Below are positions 56,027 through 63,593 of a stretch of 64,000 nt of DNA, in pieces. Every line of letters starts with the position of its first letter. Position 1 is the first letter of the stretch. This DNA comes from Clostridiales bacterium (GTDB lineage: Bacteria > Bacillota > Clostridia > Christensenellales > CAG-314), in contig JAFLVJ010000001.1 of the NCBI GenBank assembly GCA_022508375.1, positions 66,857-130,856 on the forward strand, in the 5' to 3' direction. The translations under genes were made by a program, and so were the position numbers. The notes beneath the pieces are model-generated. The model did no database searches. It had not been told where the DNA came from and saw nothing but the letters and a program-made list of their open reading frames with translations.

Positions 56027-56055
56027 ATTATAATGATGTTATATAACTTTGTCAA
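56027..56055 (-). promoter_or_regulatory. consensus sigma-A promoter of the clpP-like operon
   Basis: On the minus strand, TTGACA (56055-56050), a 17-nt spacer, then TATAAT (56032-56027). A ~100-nt 5' UTR with hairpins and three AAACGC repeats follows. Confidence 0.7.
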
Positions 56056-56150
56056 ACATTTTATATTACATTTTTAAAATATTTTCAAAATATTTATATT
56101 GCATTTTCAACACATATAAATTCGCAATTATTCACAAAACTCCCCTAACA

Positions 56151-56183
56151 AAAATAAAAAAAACTCCCCTTAAAACAGGGGAG
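56151..56183 (-). terminator. terminator of the 2-hydroxyacid dehydrogenase gene
   Basis: On the minus strand, CUCCCCU-GUUUUA-AGGGGAG is followed by UUUUUUUUAUUUU. Confidence 0.7.
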
Positions 56184-56215
56184 CAAAGAGTGGAATCTTT
56201 TTCGGAATACCCTTG

Positions 56216-57154
56216 CTAATATCCTTTAGTCAAGTCCACCACGTTTCGGGGCGATTGACCGTCAAGGAAAGCCTGCACGTTTGCTAACACGTCCATAACG
56301 TACGCGTCGTGTCCGTCATTTACCTGCATTGCCTTGTGTGGCGAAAGCAAAACGTTGTGCAACTTTTCGAAGTGCTTTTTGGATGGGAACAACTTGGCTT
56401 CGCCACGGCTCTTTTGGCGCCAGGTGTCAATGGCTGCGCCGGATAGCTCACCCTTTACAAGCGACTGGTACAACGCCTCCTCGTCAATGCAGTTTCCACG
56501 TCCAACGTTGACGATATATTTGCCCTTGAGATGGGCGAATATTTCCGCATTGAACATATCATTGGTTTCTTCTGTTTTGGGTAGGGACAGTATAAGCAAG
56601 TCGCAAGCCTCACACAACTCAATGAGATTATCTACTGTGGAAATGCCGTCGTAGTTTTTACCGCGGTTCAAGGTGTAGGCGGGTATGCCATTTGCAGAAA
56701 GTAACTTGTGTATTTCCTTGCCGATACTGCCGTAGCCTACAAGCCCTACTTTCATAGAAAACAGACTTTTCCAGTGGAGAGTCGGCGACCAATTTCCTTT
56801 GCGCAGATTTTTATCAAATTCCACCACTCTTGCCGTCAGCGCCAACGCCAGTGCGAAAGCATACTGCGCAATATAGCTGGAACAAGCGTGAGAGTTACAC
56901 AGTATAACACCACCCTCCGCCAACTTGTCAAGTGGAATTTCGTCCACACCGGTTTTGTAGGTAAACACTGCTTTAAGTCTATTTGCCGTTTCCAGTTCCG
57001 ATACGCCTAGCTTTTTGCCAATGAAAACGTCCACGTCTTCGAGGCTGAATCCTTCAAGTCCGGCAACGGTTACGTTAGCTTGTTTACTTAGACCATCCAC
57101 GAGCTTGGCAAAGGACGGATCCATCTTGTCTATACTCAACAATATATTAGTCAT
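56216..57154 (-). CDS. D-isomer-specific 2-hydroxyacid dehydrogenase family protein
   Basis: NAD-binding site VGLVGYGSIGKEI, the catalytic-domain pattern RGNCIDEEAL, and SPH near the C-terminus. Confidence 0.8.
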   Translation of the reverse strand: MTNILLSIDKMDPSFAKLVDGLSKQANVTVAGLEGFSLEDVDVFIGKKLGVSELETANRLKAVFTYKTGVDEIPLDKLAEGGVILCNSHACSSYIAQYAFALALALTARVVEFDKNLRKGNWSPTLHWKSLFSMKVGLVGYGSIGKEIHKLLSANGIPAYTLNRGKNYDGISTVDNLIELCEACDLLILSLPKTEETNDMFNAEIFAHLKGKYIVNVGRGNCIDEEALYQSLVKGELSGAAIDTWRQKSRGEAKLFPSKKHFEKLHNVLLSPHKAMQVNDGHDAYVMDVLANVQAFLDGQSPRNVVDLTKGY

Positions 57155-57266
57155 CTGTATTGTCTTAACTCCTTAATACAAATTGCTATTTATTACAATA
57201 AAAAATAATAAACCATTTTCATTTATTATTATTTTACTTAAAAGCACTGTCGCGATGAATGTGCTT

Positions 57267-58223
57267 TCACACCAATTGTTTTGCAAGCAAAGCAACTTGT
57301 TGCTCGCTTGCATTGAAGGTGTCGCCCTTTTGCGTATGCTTGAGCATAAATCCCGCAACGCCGAATACTGTTGCATCACGTTCGGTTAGACCGCTTAGCA
57401 ACGCATGCAACATGCACCCGTCAAAGGCATCGCCACCGCCGATCTTTTCCGTCACGGGAAATGTTTTTTCATCAAAGATATAGCGTTTAACTCCGTTACT
57501 TGTGTTGTGTAACGTTTTTACCATAACGCTGTGCTCCGAACCGGATAGCACCTTGCGATCGCGAAGTATCAGATACTCGCAGTCGAATTTAAGGAAAAAC
57601 TCCTGTTCGCTTACCTGCAAAAAAGTGTTAAGATCCAATGTGCTTGCAAGCACTATATCCGCGTAGCTACACGCCTGAACCAAATACGGACGGGCGTCGT
57701 CAACGCTCCACAACTTTGCGCGATAATTGAAGTCGAAGCTTATCTTTATTCCGCGTTGTTTCGCCTCTTTGAGAAGTCGGTAGCCAAGGGCGCGTGAACT
57801 ATCCGACAAAGCGAAGGAAATTCCGCTGACGTGGAACAGCGTTACACCGTCAAATACCCTATCGAAGTCGAAGTCGGTTTCATTTAGCCTAGTAAACTCC
57901 GAAAACTTGCGTAGATACAGCACGTTGGAGCCGCGCGAGGCTGTGCCGTTTTCCACAAAGTACATCCCTAACACGTCCCCTGCTATCTTGACGTCACTTG
58001 TATCGATATTGTTACAGTGCAAATGATTGATTACCGCTTGCCCCAGTTCGGTATTCGGTAAGGCTGTGATGTACTTGGTGGAGTGTCCCAAGCAGGACAT
58101 ACACGCCAACACGTTTGCTTCCGTTCCGCCGTAACACGCTTCAAAAGTTTTGCTATCCGCAATACCGCCGTCCACCGCGGCAAGCCGTAACATGATTTCA
58201 CCATACGCAAGTATCTTGTTCAT
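57267..58223 (-). CDS. PfkB-family sugar kinase (2-dehydro-3-deoxygluconokinase-like)
   Basis: N-terminal YGEIMLRL and C-terminal GGGDAFDGCMLHALL. The start is placed at MNKILAYGE by analogy with KdgK N-termini. The track ORF starts at 58253. Confidence 0.7.
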   Translation of the reverse strand: MNKILAYGEIMLRLAAVDGGIADSKTFEACYGGTEANVLACMSCLGHSTKYITALPNTELGQAVINHLHCNNIDTSDVKIAGDVLGMYFVENGTASRGSNVLYLRKFSEFTRLNETDFDFDRVFDGVTLFHVSGISFALSDSSRALGYRLLKEAKQRGIKISFDFNYRAKLWSVDDARPYLVQACSYADIVLASTLDLNTFLQVSEQEFFLKFDCEYLILRDRKVLSGSEHSVMVKTLHNTSNGVKRYIFDEKTFPVTEKIGGGDAFDGCMLHALLSGLTERDATVFGVAGFMLKHTQKGDTFNASEQQVALLAKQLV

Positions 58224-58317
58224 ATACTTTTTCATTCCTTTATCCATAATCAAGATATAATTTTAATTATAACGATTTGTAGAAAGCACAGCCGCGCGTC
58301 ATACGGTGTATGTGCTT

Positions 58318-59817
58318 TTATATATTTATCCTGTCCTTACACTCGTTGGCGTAATATAAGCACGCAAGCAATGCCTCGCCACATTCGCGCTTGATACGTC
58401 CGTTAAACAGACATTTCGTGCGATACACGTTGCCATCCATTGCCGACATAAACTTGCTTACGCGCGGGTAGTACAATCTTTTAACAAATATGACGTCGCG
58501 CGCTTTTACGCTTAATTCGTACTTGTAGTTAATTGCAATATCGCTGTATTTTATTAGGAAGTAATCACTGTCCAACTTGTCCGACGTAAGCTTGGGACTG
58601 CCCGGCGCGCGTAGCTTCGATGCGGCAAAAGCCTTCTTTTGTATAAATTTACACAGCTCCACTGCCGACATGTTGGCTATTACGTAAAAATACATATTGG
58701 GCTTGCCACCTTCCAACAGATCGCGCGCAATGCCAAACAAGTTCTTGGATAGCTCGAACGGAACGATGTTTTTGTCCGTTAAACCGAAGTTGTTTTCAAT
58801 CGTTCCAAGAATGATATCTTTAAATACCGTTTCGGCGTCCTGTTCTATCGTGCCGTCGCTTTTGAAAGCCTTAACGTCGCTTTTTTTCATAGCGAGCGAA
58901 ATAGGCTGAGCAAACTTGTTTTTCCAGGTGGTCTTTTTATAGCCGCGCTTTTCAACAAGCAGATATCCGTCGTTGCTGAATATTAGTCCGTTTATGCCGA
59001 TTTGATTTCCGAAGGGGGATTTCGATAACGGACTGACCTTGCTTCCGCTTTCGTAAACGTCGCGTAACGACACCTGATCGTTGAGCGTGTAGTCCATACA
59101 ACGGTTAGTGATGAGCATGTCGAAGTACTGACTGCGTTGTGTTTTTAGCGTAAGGTTATTGCCGTCTATTACCACGTCGGCAAGCCTTATCGTAGCGCCG
59201 TTAGATACGCGACTTCCCTTGTGTGCCTCGAGTAATGCAAGCGAATTGTCCTGCACAAACTTGGGCAGTTGATGCTTGATTGCACTGTCATCTAGCTTTA
59301 CATGAACATTGCCGTCGATGTTGGCATACACGTTGACACTTGGCAAATACAACTTGCCATCCTTAACGTACGCGTCAATATCCTTTTGGCGCTGAACGTA
59401 CATTTTGGAATATTCGTCCTTTTCGCAATTTTTAATTTTTTTCCGAACGGACGGCGTATTTACGACGTACATTATGTCCGCAGGCGGAGCAACTCCGTCC
59501 TTGTTTTTCTTAGGTTCGGCGTGTCCCCAGTACTGAGTTATAATCTTGTGGTGATCGTCCTCGATTTTGAGTGATTCTTCCAACTTGTGACGCGCGCGCA
59601 ACGCGATACTTGCAACAAGCAGCGTTGCAATTGCCACCACAACAATGGATATCGTGTCTCCGCTGGTTATGAAGTCCTTGACAATATCCCAAAAGGCTTC
59701 AAATGATGCAAACCCGCCCGCCAAGGCAAGAATTGCTGCAATCACCAGGATAAGCCCGAGAAATTGCACCCAAAAGTTGGCGAAGATCTTTTTGACAGTC
59801 TGTAAAAACTTTTTCAT
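58318..59817 (-). CDS. 499-aa protein with two N-terminal TM helices and a large uncharacterised soluble domain
   Basis: TM helices FWVQFLGLILVIAAILALAGGFA and ISIVVVAIATLLVASIAL. A segment GINGLIFSNDGYLLVEKRGYKKTTWKNKFAQP faintly recalls a Nudix-fold beta-strand without the Nudix box. It is AT-richer than the core genes. Confidence 0.55.
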   Translation of the reverse strand: MKKFLQTVKKIFANFWVQFLGLILVIAAILALAGGFASFEAFWDIVKDFITSGDTISIVVVAIATLLVASIALRARHKLEESLKIEDDHHKIITQYWGHAEPKKNKDGVAPPADIMYVVNTPSVRKKIKNCEKDEYSKMYVQRQKDIDAYVKDGKLYLPSVNVYANIDGNVHVKLDDSAIKHQLPKFVQDNSLALLEAHKGSRVSNGATIRLADVVIDGNNLTLKTQRSQYFDMLITNRCMDYTLNDQVSLRDVYESGSKVSPLSKSPFGNQIGINGLIFSNDGYLLVEKRGYKKTTWKNKFAQPISLAMKKSDVKAFKSDGTIEQDAETVFKDIILGTIENNFGLTDKNIVPFELSKNLFGIARDLLEGGKPNMYFYVIANMSAVELCKFIQKKAFAASKLRAPGSPKLTSDKLDSDYFLIKYSDIAINYKYELSVKARDVIFVKRLYYPRVSKFMSAMDGNVYRTKCLFNGRIKRECGEALLACLYYANECKDRINI

Positions 59818-59923
59818 AACTACTCCTGCCGTCGCATGGCATCGATTTTACAACACGGTTGTTACAATTAACCACGCGACATTATATACAAGTTTAACAT
59901 ATAAATGTAAATATCGTCAAGAG

Positions 59924-60052
59924 GGCTCGGGTATGCCGAAAAAGATTCCCACTCGATTTCTACGAAATACGCTGAGGGTCGAGCTATGCTCTCGCAGCAC
60001 TTCGCTTGCGCTGCATACCCCTAACGGAGTCACTTTTTCCGAACACCATCCT
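59924..60052 (+). repeat. family B repeat, copy B7, with a nested ~45-bp insertion (module C)
   Basis: The B arms GGCTCGGGTATGCCGAAAAAGATTCCCACT...CCCCTAACGGAGTCACTTTTTCCGAACACC flank CGATTTCTACGAAATACGCTGAGGGTCGAGCTATGCTCTCGCAGC. That insert recurs at 60404-60450. Confidence 0.7.
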
Positions 60053-60222
60053 CTATGTCGTTGCGGTTGTTTAACGTTATTTCGGTATGCAGTTTTAAAT
60101 TATGGTGGCGAAACACCCTCGTCTATGCTATTGCGGATGTTTAACTGTACTTTGTAGCAAGCTACAAATATAATAGGATAGTAACGAATAATAATTATTA
60201 AAGAAAATTTACTGTAAAATAA

Positions 60223-60251
60223 TTGACAAAAACAAATACAGGTGGTAAGAT
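60223..60251 (+). promoter_or_regulatory. promoter of tRNA-Asn
   Basis: TTGACA, a 17-nt spacer, then TAAGAT, about 18 nt before the tRNA 5' end. Confidence 0.6.
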
Positions 60252-60269
60252 ACAAAAGCAATTGAATAT

Positions 60270-60344
60270 TCCTCGTTAGCTCAGCGGCAGAGCATCCGGC
60301 TGTTAACCGGAGGGTCGTTGGTTCAAACCCAACACGGGGAGCCA
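60270..60344 (+). tRNA. tRNA-Asn (anticodon GTT), CCA encoded
   Basis: Manual cloverleaf: acceptor TCCTCGT/ACGGGGA, D-arm TAGCTCAGCGGCAGAGCA, anticodon stem TCCGG/CCGGA with loop CTGTTAA, T-arm GTTGG-TTCAAAC-CCAAC, discriminator G plus CCA. Confidence 0.9.
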
Positions 60345-60345
60345 T

Positions 60346-60373
60346 GCGCTTACATTTTGTAAGCGCTTTTTTT
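60346..60373 (+). terminator. tRNA-Asn terminator
   Basis: GCGCTTAC-ATTTT-GTAAGCGC followed by TTTTTTT. Confidence 0.8.
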
Positions 60374-60403
60374 ATCGTGTTGTGTTTGAACAAACCCAAC
60401 CAC

Positions 60404-60500
60404 GCGCTTTCTTCGAAAGACGCTGGGGGTCGTCGCTACGCTCCTCGCCGCGGGGAGCCACCTGCACTTACAGAAATGTAGGTGCATTTTTGTTTTATCG
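60404..60500 (+). repeat. module C repeat followed by a duplicate of the tRNA-Asn 3' end and terminator
   Basis: CGGGGAGCCA at 60451-60460 repeats tRNA positions 60335-60344. A covarying hairpin GCACTTACAGAAATGTAGGTGC, a T-run and TTATCGTTTGGTTTGAAC follow, paralleling 60346-60395. Confidence 0.6.
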
Positions 60501-60574
60501 TTTGGTTTGAACCAGTTATATTTAACACTTTTTACAAGACAAGCATATATTTTTATAATTTTATGTTATTATAG

Positions 60575-60604
60575 TTGATAAATTCAACAATAATATGGTA
60601 AAAT
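60575..60604 (+). promoter_or_regulatory. candidate promoter of the HTH-nadE gene with an overlapping palindrome
   Basis: TTGATA, an 18-nt spacer, then TGGTAAAAT. The palindrome GTTGA-TAAAT-TCAAC at 60574-60588 overlaps the -35. Confidence 0.45.
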
Positions 60605-60637
60605 ACATTATAAATTACTAATTTGTGAAGGAAAAAT

Positions 60638-62761
60638 ATGCAAGAAATTGTAAAACGTCTAAACGAATCGAAAAAAAGCAAGGGTTACACTCTAAAACAA
60701 TTGTCTATTCAATCGGGGTTAACGCTTGGCACAGTAAATAAAATAATGAGCGGAGAACTCAAGTCCATCAAGCCGGACAAGTTGGCTAAGCTTGCTCAGG
60801 CGTTGGACGTCACCACCGAATATCTGTTAAACGGCGACAAAGTATCCACTACCGCCCCCCACAGCGACTACCTCGGCATTGTAAAGATTGCGTGCATTTC
60901 TCCCGAGGTACGCGTAGGTGACACCGACTTCAACGCCACCGAAATTATTTCGCGCGCAAAGCAAGCTGCTAGCTCGGGCGTTAAAATTGCACTGTTCCCC
61001 GAGCTGTGCGTGACGGGATACACCTGCGGAGACCTATTCTTCCAAGAAGCGTTGCGCGTATCGTCACTAAATGCACTAAACAGGATATGCGAGGAGACTT
61101 CAGCGCTTGACATTATATGTATCGTGGGACTACCCATTTGCGGAACGCTTGGCAAGATGTACAACGCAGGAGCGGTGATATACCACGGTCAAGTATTGGG
61201 TGTAATACCCAAGAAAAACTTACCCAACTACAACGAGTTCATGGAAAAACGTCTGTTTTGCGCATACGCAGGTGAAAACACCACAATCAGTATTAACGGG
61301 CGCGACGTTCCATTCGGTATAAAGCTTATATTTGTTAATACGTTGCACCGCGACGTACGGTTTGCGCTGGAAATATGCGAGGACGTATGGGTTGCCGATT
61401 CGCCATCGGTATCACACTCGATATCAGGCGCCAACGCAATATTTAACCTGTCGGCAAGCAACGAAACAATTGTAAAGGGTGACTTCCGCAAAAAGATGAT
61501 AGAAATGCAGTCGGCAAAGTGCGGAGTAATATACGCATACTGTTCGTCCGGCATGTCGGAGTCCACTTCACAGACGGTTTTTTCGGCGCATGACATAATA
61601 TGCGAAAACGGCGAGTGTCTTGCAGAGTCCAAACCCTTCGCGACGGGATACGCCGAAGCGGAGGTTGACTTCGGATTTATCGAAAACGAGAGAGCGCACC
61701 TAGACCACTCCGAATCGTTACAGGGCTACACCACGATCGAATACGAAATGCCTCTTGGCGGAACCGCGCGAGTCTATAAAAGCACTCCGTTCGTACCAAC
61801 GGACAGTAACGAGCTAAACGCAGTATGTGAAAGAGCATTAACAATACTTGCTTACGGTCTTAAAAAGCGTATTGAGCACGTTAAATCCGCCAAACTCGTA
61901 CTTGGCGTATCGGGAGGAAGCGACAGCACGCTGGCATTGACGATATGCGCAAGAGCGTTGAAACTGATGAACCGCCCTGCAAGCGATATTATTGCAGTAA
62001 CCATGCCCTGCTTCGGCACAAGTAAGCGAACGTTAAACAACTCCATTGCGCTTGCCAACGCATTTGGCGCAACGCTAATGCAAATTGATATTACCGACGC
62101 CGTCACTCAGCACCTCAAGGATATCAAACACGACTTTAGCCCCGACACCACTTACGAAAATGCGCAAGCGCGCGAACGCACGCAGGTATTGATGGACATA
62201 GCAAACCAAGTAAACGGTCTAGTCATAGGTACCGGCGACATGTCCGAGTCCGCCCTTGGTTGGTCAACCTTCAACGGTGACCAGATGTCGATGTACGGAG
62301 CAAATGCAAGCGTACCCAAAACGCTTGTCAAGTCAATACTGCGCTACGTTGCTGATACAAGCAGCAAAGCAATACGTGACGTCATAATGGACGTATTAGA
62401 TACTCCCGTATCACCCGAATTACTGCCGCCAACAGCCAACGGAGAAATTGCGCAAATAACGGAAGATAACGTTGGACCGTATGAGTTGCACGATTACTTC
62501 CTGTTTATGATGATTCGTAAAGGGTTTACACCACGCAAAGTGTACGAACTGGCAAAGTTAAGTTTTGCAGGGAAATACGACAGTGATACCATACTAAAGT
62601 GGTTAAAGTTCTTTACTAAGCGCTTTTTCACACAACAGTTCAAGCGCAGTTGCTCACCGGACAGCGTTCGCCTCGGTTCTGTTGACATATCCAAAATGGG
62701 ACTGCGCATTCCGTCTGATGCGTGCTACACCATGTGGCTGAAGGAATTGGAAAGCTTATAA
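60638..62761 (+). CDS. nadE: glutamine-dependent NAD+ synthetase fused to an N-terminal XRE-family HTH domain
   Basis: Residues 1-65, KGYTLKQLSIQSGLTLGTVNKIMSGE...LAKLAQALDVTTEYLLNG, form an HTH_3-type domain. A CN-hydrolase domain follows (ALFPELCVTGYTCGDLF, EICEDVW), then the NAD synthase domain (GVSGGSDST). It is one uninterrupted ORF. Confidence 0.85.
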   Translation: MQEIVKRLNESKKSKGYTLKQLSIQSGLTLGTVNKIMSGELKSIKPDKLAKLAQALDVTTEYLLNGDKVSTTAPHSDYLGIVKIACISPEVRVGDTDFNATEIISRAKQAASSGVKIALFPELCVTGYTCGDLFFQEALRVSSLNALNRICEETSALDIICIVGLPICGTLGKMYNAGAVIYHGQVLGVIPKKNLPNYNEFMEKRLFCAYAGENTTISINGRDVPFGIKLIFVNTLHRDVRFALEICEDVWVADSPSVSHSISGANAIFNLSASNETIVKGDFRKKMIEMQSAKCGVIYAYCSSGMSESTSQTVFSAHDIICENGECLAESKPFATGYAEAEVDFGFIENERAHLDHSESLQGYTTIEYEMPLGGTARVYKSTPFVPTDSNELNAVCERALTILAYGLKKRIEHVKSAKLVLGVSGGSDSTLALTICARALKLMNRPASDIIAVTMPCFGTSKRTLNNSIALANAFGATLMQIDITDAVTQHLKDIKHDFSPDTTYENAQARERTQVLMDIANQVNGLVIGTGDMSESALGWSTFNGDQMSMYGANASVPKTLVKSILRYVADTSSKAIRDVIMDVLDTPVSPELLPPTANGEIAQITEDNVGPYELHDYFLFMMIRKGFTPRKVYELAKLSFAGKYDSDTILKWLKFFTKRFFTQQFKRSCSPDSVRLGSVDISKMGLRIPSDACYTMWLKELESL

Positions 62762-62774
62762 ATAGGTAATCACT

Positions 62775-63458
62775 ATGCGAATGAGACTGAAAAAACACTT
62801 AGATGAACGAATTGCCGAAGCACAAAGTGTACTGCTTGCACGTGAAGGGGACGAATGGTACAAATTGACCGAAAGCGAAAAGCTGCAGTTTGCACTGCCG
62901 CTTGAAAGTATCTTCGGCACAGAGCGATGCCATAATCCCTTGACCCTTGAAATCGGTTGCGGAAAGGGCGCGTGGGCTACGCAATCCGCCTTGCTTCACC
63001 CTGACGTCAATTACATAGGCGTGGAAAAACTCAGCAACGTAATCGTCGTTGCTTGCGAGCAGGCGCAGGAGCACAATTTGCTTAATTTGAAATTTTTAAA
63101 CGTCAGGGCGGAAAATCTCAGTTACCACCTTCCACCCCACTCGGTGGATACAATTGCGCTAAACTTCTCCTGTCCCTTTCCCAAGAAAACCTACGCCAAC
63201 CGCAGACTGACAAGCAAAAACTTTCTTGCAATGTACAAGGGACTGTTGAAGCCAGAAGGTGTAATCTGCCAAAAAACGGACGACCTTAATTTCTTTCAGT
63301 GGTCTATTGACAGCTTTACGGAAAACGGTTACGAAGTTTACGACATTTGCTACGACCTACCTGCGAATGCAGAGGGCAACGTCATCACTGAATACGAAGC
63401 CAAGTTCCGCGAGCTTGGCAAGCCGATATATGCACTAAAGGCAACACTTCATCGGTGA
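62775..63458 (+). CDS. trmB: tRNA (guanine-N7)-methyltransferase
   Basis: LEIGCGKGAW...YIGVEK...FSCPFPKK is the TrmB pattern. Confidence 0.88.
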   Translation: MRMRLKKHLDERIAEAQSVLLAREGDEWYKLTESEKLQFALPLESIFGTERCHNPLTLEIGCGKGAWATQSALLHPDVNYIGVEKLSNVIVVACEQAQEHNLLNLKFLNVRAENLSYHLPPHSVDTIALNFSCPFPKKTYANRRLTSKNFLAMYKGLLKPEGVICQKTDDLNFFQWSIDSFTENGYEVYDICYDLPANAEGNVITEYEAKFRELGKPIYALKATLHR

Positions 63459-63520
63459 GACGACTATTGATACAATAGCACCAATATCAGTACATAAATC
63501 TATTTCAACAAGAAATAAAA

Positions 63521-63553
63521 AGCCACCGACGGTAACCGCCGATGGCTTTTTTT
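63521..63553. terminator. bidirectional terminator hairpin between trmB and the topoisomerase gene
   Basis: AGCCACCGACGG-TAA-CCGCCGATGGCT (imperfect) is flanked by A- and T-runs. Confidence 0.6.
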
Positions 63554-63593
63554 CATACTATTACATTTCCTGCTCGATTGAGGCGTTCACGAC

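Noticed and set aside
59645-60157. 170-aa plus-strand ORF upstream of tRNA-Asn
   Set aside because: Its first part is antisense to the 499-aa gene and the rest reads through repeat B7. It has no RBS and unprotein-like composition.
60395-60461. Possible second tRNA gene downstream of tRNA-Asn
   Set aside because: Only the last 10 nt match a tRNA 3' end. No acceptor, D or anticodon stems can be drawn, and the body corresponds to repeat module C.
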